This document shows positions 1 through 13,200 of a DNA stretch of 38,312 nucleotides, piece by piece. This DNA is from Phocaeicola dorei (GTDB taxonomy: Bacteria > Actinomycetota > Coriobacteriia > Coriobacteriales > Eggerthellaceae). The stretch's first letter is position 1. Every line of letters starts with the position of its first letter. The translations under genes were made by a program, and so were the position numbers. The DNA lies in assembly GCA_963615035.1 (NCBI GenBank), contig CAVEFW010000094.1:1-38312 (forward strand), in the 5' to 3' direction. The notes under the pieces are model-generated. The model saw nothing but the letters and a program-made list of their open reading frames with translations, did not search any database and had not been told where the DNA came from.

Positions 1-26
1 GCCAATAATCAAGACCTTCCAGAGAT

Positions 27-56
27 AAAAAGGGTGCCAGCTTGCGCTGGCACCCT
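27..56 (-). terminator. Rho-independent terminator downstream of the giant surface-protein gene
   Basis: Perfect 11-bp stem agggtgccagc (31-41) / gctggcaccct (46-56) with a 4-nt loop ttgc. On the minus strand the hairpin is followed directly by TTTTAT. It lies ~110 nt past the stop of ORF 168..18716. Confidence 0.8.
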
Positions 57-167
57 GCGTTGGGTTCGATATAGTGTCTATCTTTCGCCTTTGCGTTTTA
101 TATCAACTTTAGTTCTCATACTAATAAAAGCAGTATCAATCATTGATGGTTAGCAGTTATCCAATTT

Positions 168-1209
168 TTAATTCATATACACTTTATCACTACATAGGTC
201 TACGACTGCATTATCAGATGTTCTAAACCTAATTATATAACTAGCAGGATTAGACGAACCTATAACTAGCCTTGAATACAAGCTGTCATGACTACTATTG
301 CTTCCGCTCCAATTTCCATTAGGCGCCTGACGATAGAATCTTGACGACACTGTTACCTGAGTAGCACTTCCACTATAACTATACAACTCCGACACGCTCT
401 TTGTGTCTTTATTGCTTGTTCCATAAGTGGCAACGTTCATGAAGTTCCTTACAGCATTATCATATCCGCTAGTGCTACTAGTGTCATATTTATTTTCGGT
501 GCACCATTTCTTAAACTCTATAGCTTTTCCATTAACATAATAATTATAACGACTGCCAAATCCCCAGCCTCCATATTTTTTACCGTTTTTAGAGGTTAAT
601 TCAGTAAGCAGCGAATCAGGATCACTGGCAACAGTTTCTCCTTTGTTTGAAGCGCCCTCTTTTAGAATTACGAAGTTATGTACCAACTCAGCATCAGAAC
701 CAAAACTATAACCTCCTTTAGATCCTACAGCGCCGTTATCCATATTATCATTATGACTAGTATCAAGCAAAGAACCATCGGCTTTATTATAGTAAAGTGG
801 AGCACCAGTTAAGAATTCGTCATCATGTTTGTGATCGCCGAATGCTTCATAGGCCGCATCATAAAGCGACATACCAGTCTTAACATATCCTTCTTGTTCT
901 ACTCCGTTCACGATCTTCTTATAATCATAGTTTCTTATATAGTTGCCCCAATTCGTATTAAAGACATACATTAATCCGCTGCCCGGTGCGCTCATCACAG
1001 CAGTTCCAATATTGAGCTTATAATTATAAGCACAATTTACAGGTCCAACCGATGCCGATCCTGGACTAGTTGTCAACGAAACACCAGTATTAGCATTTTC
1101 TGGATATGCCGAACCAACCTTAACATTGGTTATCTTACTTACCAACTCTTCTTTAGTTAGGTTGGTGTTTGCAATAAACAACTTAGTGGCTGTTGAAGGC
1201 AAATTCAAG
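168..1209 (-). other. Non-repetitive C-terminal ~345-aa domain of the giant protein, function unknown
   Basis: From ...PSTATKLFIANTNLTKEELV to the stop there is no internal repeat, no sorting signal and no catalytic motif I recognise. It contains GGWGFGSRYNYYVNGKAIEFKKWC and ends ...IIRFRTSDNAVVDLCSDKVYMN. Confidence 0.5.
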
Positions 1210-4200
1210 GAGTTTTGAACCGTGTAATTTACGTTTCTTGTGCCTTGATAGTTGTTCATGCCTGAAATCACAGCAGTTCCTGTGCCAGCAGTAGAGTTGT
1301 TTGTGCAGTAATACGTAAAATGTTGGCCATCGGTTAGAGTGGAGCCGCCACCTATTGTGTTGTCTCTAACTGTTACCTTTGTTTTTACATTTGTAGCTGC
1401 AGATTCTGCTGTAGCAGAGATATCAGAACTATCTATTCTCTTTGCCTCCAATATAAAGTAATCCGATTTTTCGTTAAAGCCAGAAACGCTTCCGTTTGAA
1501 GCCGTTATCCTAATTGTCTTTTTGAAATCTCTATCTGTACCTGAGCCTGTATTTGCGTTTGTGAAATCCAACCATCCCATATTGTCTTGATACAACTTTT
1601 TATCCACATCGTTACCATTTGGCCAGGAGAGTTTATAGTCTGGGCTGTGATCAGCACCATCATAGGTAATTACGGCATGATTTTTCGGACCTTGTTTATA
1701 ACCTAGTTCGAGAGTACATATAGATAGGTCATAGACCACCTTAAATGAAACTGTTGCTTCGCCTTTGTAGTTTCCAATACCGTTAATTTTTACAATAAAT
1801 GTCTTTTCTGCAACACCTTTTGTATTCTCCCAAGCATCAGTCCATTGAGCATCAAGATCAGTTATGAAGTCTTTGCCAACTTCTAGTGTAGCTGTAGTGT
1901 TTGTTGCAAGACCTGAGTCTTCAACAGTAAGTGTTGGTTTGTCGCCATCTAGCGCATAGAAGAAGTTTTTGCTTAACTCTTTAGAGATCTTTGCATCCCC
2001 GATATCGCGCTGTTCGATTTCATATGTCTGTGTTGGGTTATTCAAAGAGTAGTTATAGCTAGGACTTGTTTCCAAAAGCGCGGTTTCAAAGCCATAATCT
2101 CCTGCAGCAGCACCGATTGTGCCATCTGCGTTGGCTTTGTTGTCTGTAGACCAAATATTTTTGATGATGTTGGTGCTTGCATCTAGGTTAATGCCATTTC
2201 TTGTGGCAGATACAGCATGTGTAACACCATCATATGTAGTTTTGATCTTTTTATCAACTGGATCTGGTGTTTTAGCTTTGCCATCTAACTTCCATGTAAC
2301 ATCGACATCTCTGTTAGTAATCTCTAACTGGCGTGTCTTTGAATTAGCAGGAATGTAGTAGTTGTGTGCATTCGAGCCTTCAAGGTTAGCTGTAATTGTG
2401 GCCTTATTGTTGCCTGTTACCTCTTGTTGGCTATTTAGCACAACTGTAGCAGCATCTAGTTTGGCATTGCCAAGCTCATCTTCTTTGGAAACAATTCCAG
2501 CATTAGCATTGATTGGTGGCTGTTGTCTGTAGCTGTTGTATGTGGCAGTGTAGTAGCTATCAAGAGCATTTTCTTGCGCTAGCCACGCAACATCTACAGA
2601 TGAATCGTGTGCTAGACCTTTGTTGTTTGTAACACTTGCATTGCCTGGTTTTTGATACCAAAGAGCAGAGTTTACATCAGATGTTCCATTAATAGCGTTT
2701 GGATTTACATTCACATTGTCTGCAGCATGCTGATAGATATAGAAGATGTGAGTGTATGCAGGACTTAGAGTGCTAGTTTGAACAACTTTGTAGTTGTTGT
2801 TTATAGCATCTGTTTTTTGCCCTGTTAGTGCAACACTGCTTTCGTTGCCCAAGATGCAAGCAGTCGCTGTGTATGCGTCCGTAGTGTATGACGACCATCC
2901 ACCGATAACGCCTTTGTTGGCATTTGTCTTTAAGCTTGCATTGGCTACACCCAAAACATTTATGTTTTCTGTGTTTTCACGACCAACGCCAATGTGTTTG
3001 ATGGTTGGCTTTTGTGCATCCCAGTTATATCTGATAATGCCTCTGCCATAGTCTGCTTGATCGATGTATGCGCTCTTATAAGAGATGCCATCATAGGTGT
3101 CATCTTCTGTGTTGTATGCAGCAGATATGTGATCTTCGCCATCTTTGTTCTTTGTTCCTGTGCGATACCAATCTGAATAACCTACGTTTACTTCAAATGG
3201 CACGATTGAATAATTATGAGAGATAGAACCTGTGTAGTTGCCTTTTGCATATACAGTAAACGTATAGTTGCCTGCATTGATAGCTGTATTGTCTGTGTGT
3301 TTATAGATCTCATTTGTATCTATAGACAAAACGTTGCTATCAACATCAGATGTAACATTTGTAATGCTATATACACTTTCTGTCCAGTCTGCACCTCTAT
3401 ATGTATGTGCGTCTGTGTCCCCCTTGCAATCAACGTGGTTTGTGCAATCGTCATGGTTTTGAGTTGTGGAGAGGTCAGTTACATTGTCTCTGTCATAAGC
3501 CTCGCCTGTGTGTGATACATGCAATCTGCCATTAGCACTGCCACCTTGAGCTTGGTCTAGGTTGTTTGTTGTTGTGCCAGTAATGTCTTGAGGCAAGATG
3601 ATGAACTGACAGAATGTGTTTGTTGCATATGGCTCAACTATCTGTGTATTCACATTGCCATCACTGTCATGTCCTAGAGTGTTGTGAGTAACGCCGTCTT
3701 GTGTGGTTTTAGCAGATGTGGTTGTGTTACTTACAAACTCATAATAAGACAGATCTGAACCTTGATTTTGCACTGTTAGGGTTGCATCGTGTGCTGTAAA
3801 CGATGCAGGTGTATTTGATGCGCTAGGCCTTGAAGTTAGACCAGCACCACCTGTAAGTGTGATATATCCAGCTTCGTTTCCGCACACACCTGGCAGCGAT
3901 ACACTAGCTTCTGTATCCCCCGTGGCCACTTTGTTATCTTGCGTTAGCGCATCTAGTGTAGATAGGCTAACAGATGGGCTTTGTGGCTCTTTTTCATAAT
4001 CGGTAAGTTTAATGCCGTTGTATGCAAAGTTTTCATTTTCTTCAAGCTTTGTTGAGATGTAGTCAGACACTGTAGCTGTAAGCGCTTGGCGATCTCCGTT
4101 ATAAGTTGTAACAGTATCACTCCAAGATGTCTCAAGTGGTCTTGCCACAACTTTGATATTAGCTTTTAGTTGATCGGTTGTATTAGCAGTTCCGTCCAGC

Positions 4201-7200
4201 GCGGCAAGTGTGTAGTCTGGAGTGTTGTTGGTTAGATCTTTGTTATAGCCTTTGATCTTTACTGTAGTTTGAGCAGTTTGACCAGGCAAGATTTGCTCAA
4301 TTGTATTGTAGGAGATATCGCTGTCTTGCTCTTGTGTGTAGTTAAACACATGTGCACTGCGGCTATATTTGAAGTTTTGATCCATGGTGTTGTTTTTGTT
4401 ATAGATATATGTGGCTTGGCCATATGTACCTTTAATGCTTGTCTGGCGAAGAGCAGCTAGTTTTTCTTGCCAAGTTGCAAATTCACCTTCAACTTCATTT
4501 TCTGTCCAACTATCTCCGGTGGACTCCCAGCCAACCGCAATCTCACGAGCCGTGATTCTAACAGATGGACTTAGAGAACCTGCGCCTACACAATAGTCAG
4601 GAGTTTGGTCGTATAGGTTGTCATTTAGACCCTTAATGCGCAAATCGTTATATGCACTCACTGAGTCTGCCACGTGTTTTGCGCTAAATGATTTAGCAGA
4701 TATAGCAGTTGTATCTTGAGTGTTTATGAATGCATCTAGTGCATCTTCATACTCTGAGTCATCGTAGTAGCCCTTTACATGAGCTGTTAGATAGTGAGCG
4801 ATAGCGTCATATGTATAAGTGTATGCATAATCTGTTGACCACTCACTTTGAGCCTCTGAGCCTTCTTGCCACAAAATGTCTATTGGATGTACACTAATTG
4901 TAATAGATGCCACATCTGTTGCATCGTTTGTAGCACTTTCTACGTCTAGATAATAATCAGACTTTTCGCTTGAGTATGCATATGCATCCGTTGTTTGTCC
5001 TGAATATGCACCCCAGTTATAGCCCTCAATTAACACTTGATTTGTGGTTGAGTCTGCCACGTGTTTTGCACTAAATGATGCGCTGTCAACCACGTCATGT
5101 TTTGTGCCGTTGCTGGTTTGATATTGTGCCAAGCCCTCAACGTTTGCACTAATGGTTTGTGTTTGGTTGGTGTATTCATGACTAAAGTTTGCACCTTTTT
5201 CGCTAACTGTCTTTGTCTTGTTTACAGATGAGTTGTCAGCAGACCATGTGATCTTGATAGGTGCTTGTGTGATATCAAAGCTTACGTGTTGTGAGCTTGT
5301 ATAGTTGCCATTTAGTGTTGCACTAACTGTTACACAACCATTATTTGTTGCATGGAAGTTGTCATGTGTATCAACACCTGATGTGGTGCCATATACCACA
5401 AAGTAGTCACTTGTGTCTTTATCGCCATATTCTAAGTCAAGTGAATCACGTGATACAAGTGCCTCGCCTTTGTTGTTACCATTTTGAGTTTGTGTCATTT
5501 CCACACTTGGCTCTAGGGCACGTCCTGCATATTGTTTTGCAGGGATAGTAGCACTAGCCGAGCCATCTGCTCCATCAACAACGCTAGCCAACACACCAGA
5601 TGTCTTATCTGTGCCGTCCACATAATATGAACCGTCATAAGACACGTCTTGAGCGGTAAGGCTAGCTTGAGCGATGCTAAATGTTTGAGCTGTAACATCA
5701 ACGTTTCCTGACACAGTCTCTAGTTTGTAGTTTTTGGCATCTGTGCTGTTGTTTGTAGCCACAAAACCTGTAGCTTTGGCTGTGTATACACCGCCTGTGC
5801 TATCTGTATCAAAAGTTGTGTTTTGAGCTTTTATATTAGTGTCTTTTTTGGTGTATTTGTATGCATTAGCACCTGTTTGGTTGTTTAGAACAACACTTAG
5901 AGCTTCTCCTTCAACTACACCTTTGTTTGTAGCATATGGGCTATATGTGCCACTTACACCACTAATGGCTGGGTTGTTGGTAGCGTTTTCTTGTGTGTTG
6001 TTGTAATAAACAGGTGACAACACTGTTTCATCTGCATGAAGTGCACTGTCTGCCTTAGACGTTACACCTTGATCTAGGCGGTTGTATGTATATGCAAACG
6101 TTTCTGTGCTAGAAACATCGCTGTATTTAGTTGCAGCGTCATCGTCGCTAAGAGATGACCACAACACAGGAACTTCACGTTGCAAAATCTTAGCAGAGCA
6201 ATATTTAACAGAGTTATCTGCACTAACTACATAGTTTTTAGCTTTGCTTGTATCTGCATTTGCATCATATCCGGCAAGCGCGCTGTCTTGGTCTGTAATC
6301 TTGTATTCAGAGATATACACACTGCGAGCGGCCACGTTTCCAGCGCTGTCAAATGCTACGTTTTTGTTAGGTGTTGTGCTAGTGGCACTATCAACAAATT
6401 CACCTTTAGCAGAGATAACAATTGTCTTTTCATCTCCTGCATAAATTCCGCGATCTGTTGCAATAGCGCTTGTTTGTGGTCTTGCCCAGGTAAGTTTAGC
6501 AACACTTGTTGCATCATATGTTTTATCTGATGCGCTAAAGTCGCCATCTTTTAGAGTAATAGTTGCAGGGTTAATCTTGAAGTATACATAGGCTGTGCCT
6601 GAATAGTTTCCAATGCCTGTAACTTTTACAACAGCTTTTTTATCTGGGTTGTTGTTTTCATCAAGTGTTACGTTTGTGTTGTTTTCATAAGAAAGCACAA
6701 CGTTTTTGTTAACAGCAAGATCAACTGAACCTAGTTTAGAAGACCCGTTATATGAGCCTGTAACTGTAGGCGTTTGGGCAGATGCACTATAGATGCGATC
6801 TTCAATGTCTTCAAATGTTGAGTTTTGATTGCTTATAACATAGAAGTTAACATCGCCATCTTGGTTTGTGCTTGCTTGGCCTCTGTTAACAATATTTGGA
6901 TTGGACGGGTCTGTGCTTGTATCAACATTTAGTGTTACCTGTTTGTTGCTCTCAGGTGTAGCGTTGTCTGGATCGGTTGTATCCTTAACATTCACCGTGA
7001 TGTTTGCATCTTGGCATTTTTTGGTTTGGCCATCTTTAGTTGTGTATTCGTTTGGCAAATCCACACTAAATGTAGCATTATCACCCGAACCTTCCACTAC
7101 AACTGAAGCGCCCGCAATTGGGTTTCCATCTTCATCTGTAACGGTTAGGGTGTGTTTGTTGCCCTCATCATCGGTTACTGTGGCTTGACCATCTTCATTT

Positions 7201-10200
7201 GTGATAGCGCCACTTGCCTTAACTAGGGCAATGCCTTTTGTATCTGTATTTGTAGTAGCGCGCTTTGAGCCATCGCTATTAGTTACAACAACAGGTTTTT
7301 TAACTACTGGGTTTTTGTTTACATCTAGCACAGTAACTTTAATGTCTTTGCTAGATACCTCTTCTGCATTTGTTGCACTATCTAGATTTACATAAAGTTT
7401 GCCATCTGTGCCAGCGTATACCTTAGCAGCCTCTACCCCGCTATAAATAGGATTGCCTTGTGCGTCTTTTCCACTTTCATATTCAACTTTAATAACTAGG
7501 CCTTTGTAGTTATTAGATGGATCATATATAGGAGATGGCTCTACATCGCCATCAGCATTTGTTGTGCCAGATGTAGTAGATCCGCGAACTACAAAGCCAT
7601 CTTTGTTAGATGAATAGTTACCATCTGCATCTGATGTGCCTGTGCCATCAGCTGCACCTGTTTGGTTTTTATCCTTATCCAAAACTATCGCATCATCACC
7701 AAATGTAAACTTAACTTTTACACCCACCGCAGGATCTCCTTTGGTGTGTGTGTCATAGTCTTTGGCATAGGTGATCTTTGCTGTCATTGCAGCTTGTTTG
7801 TATTGTTCTTCATCAGGCAGATTAATTGTGATAAAGCCATCTTGTGTAATTTCTACTGTAGCACCAGCTAGTGGGCTTTGACCGTCTTGGTCTTTTGTGC
7901 CCCATTTAAGCTGAACGTCATATGTAGCCAAAACTTCTGGATTGCCGTTATTTAGAGCAGCACTAGATACTGTGGCTTTTGCAAATTCATCTTTGTCGGG
8001 GTCGTTTTCGATAATCTCAGTTACACCAATGTGGATATCAGGAGAATAGGTGCCATCTTGTTTAGTCTTTTCGTTTTGTGGATCTCCATCTCCTCTTGTA
8101 GTGCCGTTGTTGTTTTTAACTTGAACTGGCAAGTTTCTATAAGGAGTTTCTTTGCCTGCCACCACATTATCAGGATCTGTGATGGTAACTGTTACTTTGT
8201 TATCTTCCAAGCCCTCAGGCAGTGTAACGATAACTTTTGTTGGGTTAGCTGGATCATCATCTGAACCTACAACCTCAGCAATAGCGCCTTCTACAGGTTT
8301 TCCATCCTTATCAACAACATTTACATGATATTTCTTATCATCTTTTTTAACTGTTGTATCGCCATCTTTGTCTGTAATGCCTGTATGTGCTTTTGCATAT
8401 ACATAGCCTTGGGCATCTGTGTTATCAACAATTCTGTCTGTTTCACCGTCTGATTCTGTGATGGTTACTTGTTTGTCTACCACAGGTGCAGGGCTAAGTT
8501 TTCCTGTAGCGTCTGGGACCATGTTGTCTGGATCAAATACACCCACACGAACATCTGTGTCTTGTGTGCCATCTGGCAACAAAACGCTAATTGTTTCATC
8601 TTCGTTGATTGTAACAATAGCACCAGCTATAGGCTGTGTGTATTGACCAGATGCATCTTTGCCCATTACCTCAACTGTGTAGTTTTCAGGAGCACCTGGT
8701 GTGGTTTTACCGTCGGTGTCTGTAGTGCCTGTGTTTGCAGGAGCTTCTAGCACACCTTTTTCAGTTGTGCCATCCACACGCGTTGAGCCATCCTCATCTT
8801 TAACCACATAATCTTTTTGTTTATCAGGATCTGTGATTGGGTTTTCATCTTCATCGATGATAGTAATCTTTACATCTTTGTCTTTGTACTCATCAGGAAT
8901 TGTAACTGTGCCTTTTCCTGTAACTGGATCAATTTCTACCTTAGCACCTGGAAGTGGTTTTTCGGTGCCATCTGTATCTGTATAGGTTACCTTGGTAGGT
9001 TGGCTTTCTTTAGTTGCAGGGTTGTAAGGTTTAGCAATTCCATCTTCGTTTGTTATGGCTGAATTTGCAGGAGCTTTGATTTCACCTTTGTTGGCGTTTT
9101 TATCTGGAACGCCATTTTCTGTGTTGGTTTTTGCATCAACACGAACAGATCCATCGCTATCCTTTACTTCAACAGGCATATCTCCTATAGGAGTTTTGCC
9201 ATCTGGTTCATAGACTGTAACTGTAACGTCTTTGTCTTTATACTCATCAGGAATTGTAACTGTGGTTTTTCCATCACTGTCAATTTCTACTTCAGCGCCT
9301 AGCACTGGCTGTTCTTTGCCATTTTCATCTGTGTAGGTTACCTTGGTAGGTTGAGATTTTTGAGTATAGGGGTTGTATGGATAGGCTGTATCTTCTGGGA
9401 TAGTCTCTGTGGTGCCAGGGTTGGTTGGATCTGGATCTGATTTTTCATTTCCAGCACCTGTTGTGCCTATGTTTACATCAAAGTATGCCCAGCCATTTGA
9501 ATCAGTTTGTTTTGTAGCACGAATAGCACCGGAAGAGTTTTTAAGGGTTACATCAAAGTTTTGTGCATTGAATTCATTTCCGCTCTTTTCGTGTTTTCTT
9601 ACTTGCACTGCAATTGATTGAGAGTCGTATTCTGCGGGCAGTGTTACTACCGCGGCACCCTCATCGTTAATAGATACGATTGCATTTGCAATCATGTTAT
9701 CTGTATCTTTAACTTTTACTTTAACTATATATGTGTAGTTATCATCAACTGGTTTTGCAATGCCTTTGTCATCTGTCATGCCTTGATTTCTCAAGCATTT
9801 TGCAGTTGATATGTTTGTCTTTTCGGCATTTTTGGAAGCTGGAGTATCACGTCTTTTTGAATCCAGGCTTCCATCTTGTTTTAGATCAGATGCCTTAACA
9901 GTGTTTGTCAATATGTTTTCTGGTTTTTTAGTATTGTACAGATCGACATATACATCACTTTCTTTGTATCCATAAGGCAGTTGCACTGAGATGGATGTAT
10001 CGGCACCCAAAATAACCTTAGCACCCTCTATCGGATGTTCGCCTTCCGCATCTTTTGTGTATACGTGCACCAAGATGTCGTTTACGGTTGCGTTACCTTT
10101 ATCGTCTGTAATGCGCTCACTGTCTCCTGGTTTTACAACTTGGCCTTTTTGGTTTGTGTTGTCGCTATAGGTCATTGTTTCAGGTGCGCTTTCATTGTAA

Positions 10201-13200
10201 AACTCAACTGGAACACTGATGCAATCTTTAGTTACCTCGCCAGTTTTTGGATCGGTAAGTGTGGCTGTAACGCTGTGATCTGCCACTTTGATTGGATTGT
10301 TGTTTGCATCTAGTACAGCATCTCCGTTTTCATCAACTAAGATTTCTGGCAAAACGATGCTTACTTTGCCGTTATCATCAATGCTTACTGTAGCACCTGG
10401 CACAGCTTTATCTGGTGTGCCATCGTTATCTGTATCAATGGCTAGGTTTACTGTGTAGGCCTTGTCTCCATTAGAGATGGTAGAGTCGCCTTCAGGGTTG
10501 GTCTTTGCGCTGTTGCAAGGTGCAACAACTACACCGTCTTCGGTTTTACCATCGCCTGACCACTGATGTGTTTTTTCTTGATCTAGAACACGAACAGAGC
10601 CATCTGAGTTTTTAACAACAACTGGCTTGTTGTTGATGCCATATCCCTCTGTGTCAGTTACTTTGATCTTTACATCAATATCTTGTGTGCTCTCAGGAAG
10701 CACTACATTAATAGATCCATCTTCGTTGATGGTAACACTAGCACCACCAATAGGATCTGTATATTTGCCGGTATCTTTGTTTTTGCCCATCACAGCCACT
10801 GTCGTGTGCGCTGGAGTTTGTGTGTCTGGACCATCTGGGTTTGGCTTTGGATCCAAAGGAGAGGTTTCACCTTGACCTGGCACGCCTTGGCCTGTGCCAT
10901 CTGGGTCAACTTTTCCTTCAGGCTCAGTTATGCCTTGGTTAGCTTTTGCTTCAAGTTTGCCTTGCTCGTTGGTCTTATCTTCAACGCGAGTTGAACCATC
11001 TGGGTTTTTAACAACTACATCTCTGCCTTCGATGCCTTTGTTTCCGTTCTCAGGATCTGTTACTGTGATCTCTACATCTTGGTCTTGCGTGCCATCAGGC
11101 AACACAACTTCAATTGTGCCATCATCAGCAATTATTACCTGAGCACCACCAATAGGCTCTGTGTAGTTTCCATCCTCATCTTTGCCCATAACGGTTACTT
11201 GAGTTTTGCCTTTTTCACCTGTTTCTGGGTTTGGATCGTCAGTTGGATCTGTAACGGTGGTTTGACCGGTTCCTGGAGCATCAGGGTCATCTTTAGTTGG
11301 GCCATCTGTGATGCCTGCAGATGCAGGGGCCAAAAGCACACCATCTTCGCCGCTAACTGGTGCGGTTTTATCTTTGATGCGCTGTGTGCCATCTGGGTTT
11401 TCTACACTAACAGTTTTATCGTTAATACCTTTGCCTTGCGTATCAGTTACTTTGATTTTAACGTCTGTGTCTTGTGTGCCCTCAGGCAATTTGATGTCGA
11501 TAGAACCGTCATCTGCAATAGTTACTTTAGCGCCGCCAATAGGCTGAGTGTAATTTCCATCCGCGTCTTTGCCCATGATGGATACTGTTGTGTGCGCTGG
11601 AGTCTGTGTGTCGTCGCCATTTGGATCTGGCTTTGGATCCAAAGGAGAAGTCTCACCTTGACCTGGCACGCCTTGGCCTGTGCCATCTGGGTCAACTTTT
11701 CCTTCAGGCTCAGTTATGCCTTGGTTAGCTTTTGCTTCAAGTTTGCCTTGCTCGTTGGTCTTATCTTCAACGCGAGTTGAACCATCTGGGTTTTTAACAA
11801 CTACATCTCTGCCTTCGATGCCTTTGTTTCCGTTCTCAGGATCTGTTACTGTGATCTCTACATCTTGGTCTTGCGTGCCATCAGGCAACACAACTTCAAT
11901 TGTGCCATCATCAGCAATTATTACCTGAGCACCACCAATAGGCTCTGTGTAGTTTCCATCCTCATCTTTGCCCATAACGGTTACTTGAGTTTTGCCTTTT
12001 TCACCTGTTTCTGGGTTTGGATCGTCAGTTGGATCTGTAACGGTGGTTTGACCGGTTCCTGGAGCATCAGGGTCATCTTTAGTTGGACCATCTGTGATGC
12101 CTGCAGATGCAGGAGCTAGTAACACACCATCTTTAGATGTGCCATTTGGATAGCTGTGAGTTTCAGTTTGACCCTCAATGCGTTTTGTGCCATCTGGGTT
12201 TAGCACCAAAACATCTCTTCCGTTTAGACCTTTGTTGTTATCATCAGGATCTGTTACTTGGATTTCAACGTCTTGGCTTTGAGTGCCTTCAGGAAGTTTT
12301 ACCTCAATTGAGCCGTCTTGATTGATAGTTACTTCAGCTCCGCCAATGGGCTGGGTATAGTTTCCATCCGCATCTTTGCCCATTACAGTTACTGTAGTGT
12401 GGCCCTTAGAGCCGTCTTTTTGTGTATCACTTGGGTCAAGTGGAGATGTTTTTCCAGGGTTTTCTGTGTCTGGATTTCCTGTAATGCCTTTGTTGGCACC
12501 AGCTTCAAACACGCCCCATTTTTCTTTGTCGACTGTTTGTGTTTGTGTTTTGCCAGATGCACGTTTTGTGCCATCTGGGTTTACAACTAACACAGGCTTG
12601 TCAACAACTGGGTTAGAGTCGCTATCTTTCAAAAGAACTCTTACGTTTTTATCTTGCATGCCATCAGGCAAAACAACTTTAGCTACTCCATCGCTTCTAA
12701 ATTCGATAGTAGCAGCCTCAAGATTAGTCCAAAGCCCATTGTCTGCTTGATATTGAACCTTTGAGACCACACCTTTAGTTCCATCATAAGTTGGTTTTTG
12801 TGTGTCTGGATCAACTGGTGGGTTTGGATCAATTGGATCTGGGTCTGGGACCACTCCTTGAGAATCTGTAGTGCCACGGTTATCGCCTTGTTTTTCAGCA
12901 ATGCCATCACTATCGGTTGTATCTTTGCCGATGTTTTGGGCTTCAACTGTTCCATCTGCATTCACTACATTTTTCTCGAAGTTAACAGGAATATCTTTTG
13001 CAGGGCTTGGGTTTCCTTGCTCGTCTGTCTTTTTCGGATCTGTAACCTTAACAGTGATGTTTTTGTCTGGTGCACTTACAGCAGTTGTAGTGCCGTCTTC
13101 TGTAACATCTACACTGTCAGGAGAGATGATATGAATTTCACCATTATCGTCAATGCTAACAATTGCACCAGGAAGTGGAATTTCTGGTGTATCTGAGTTG

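Noticed and set aside
2-28. Possible 3' end of a plus-strand gene (frame ending ...PIIKTFQR* at 26..28) entering from the left edge
   Set aside because: Only nine codons are visible, which is too little to support a call. The adjacent hairpin has its T-tract on the minus strand, so it is better explained as the terminator of the giant gene.
168-1209. C-terminal domain of the giant protein as a polymorphic toxin/CDI-like effector
   Set aside because: There is no recognisable pre-toxin motif and no downstream immunity-like ORF. The gene is followed by ~110 nt of non-coding DNA and a strong terminator. I kept it as an unknown tip domain instead.
10867-12113. Regularly spaced identical repeats considered as a CRISPR array (the 13-nt array at 35611..35714 was considered too)
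   Set aside because: The 786-bp period lies inside a continuous ORF and encodes protein modules. The 13-nt array has no spacers. Neither fits the CRISPR pattern of 24-48-nt repeats with unique spacers of similar length, and no cas genes are present.
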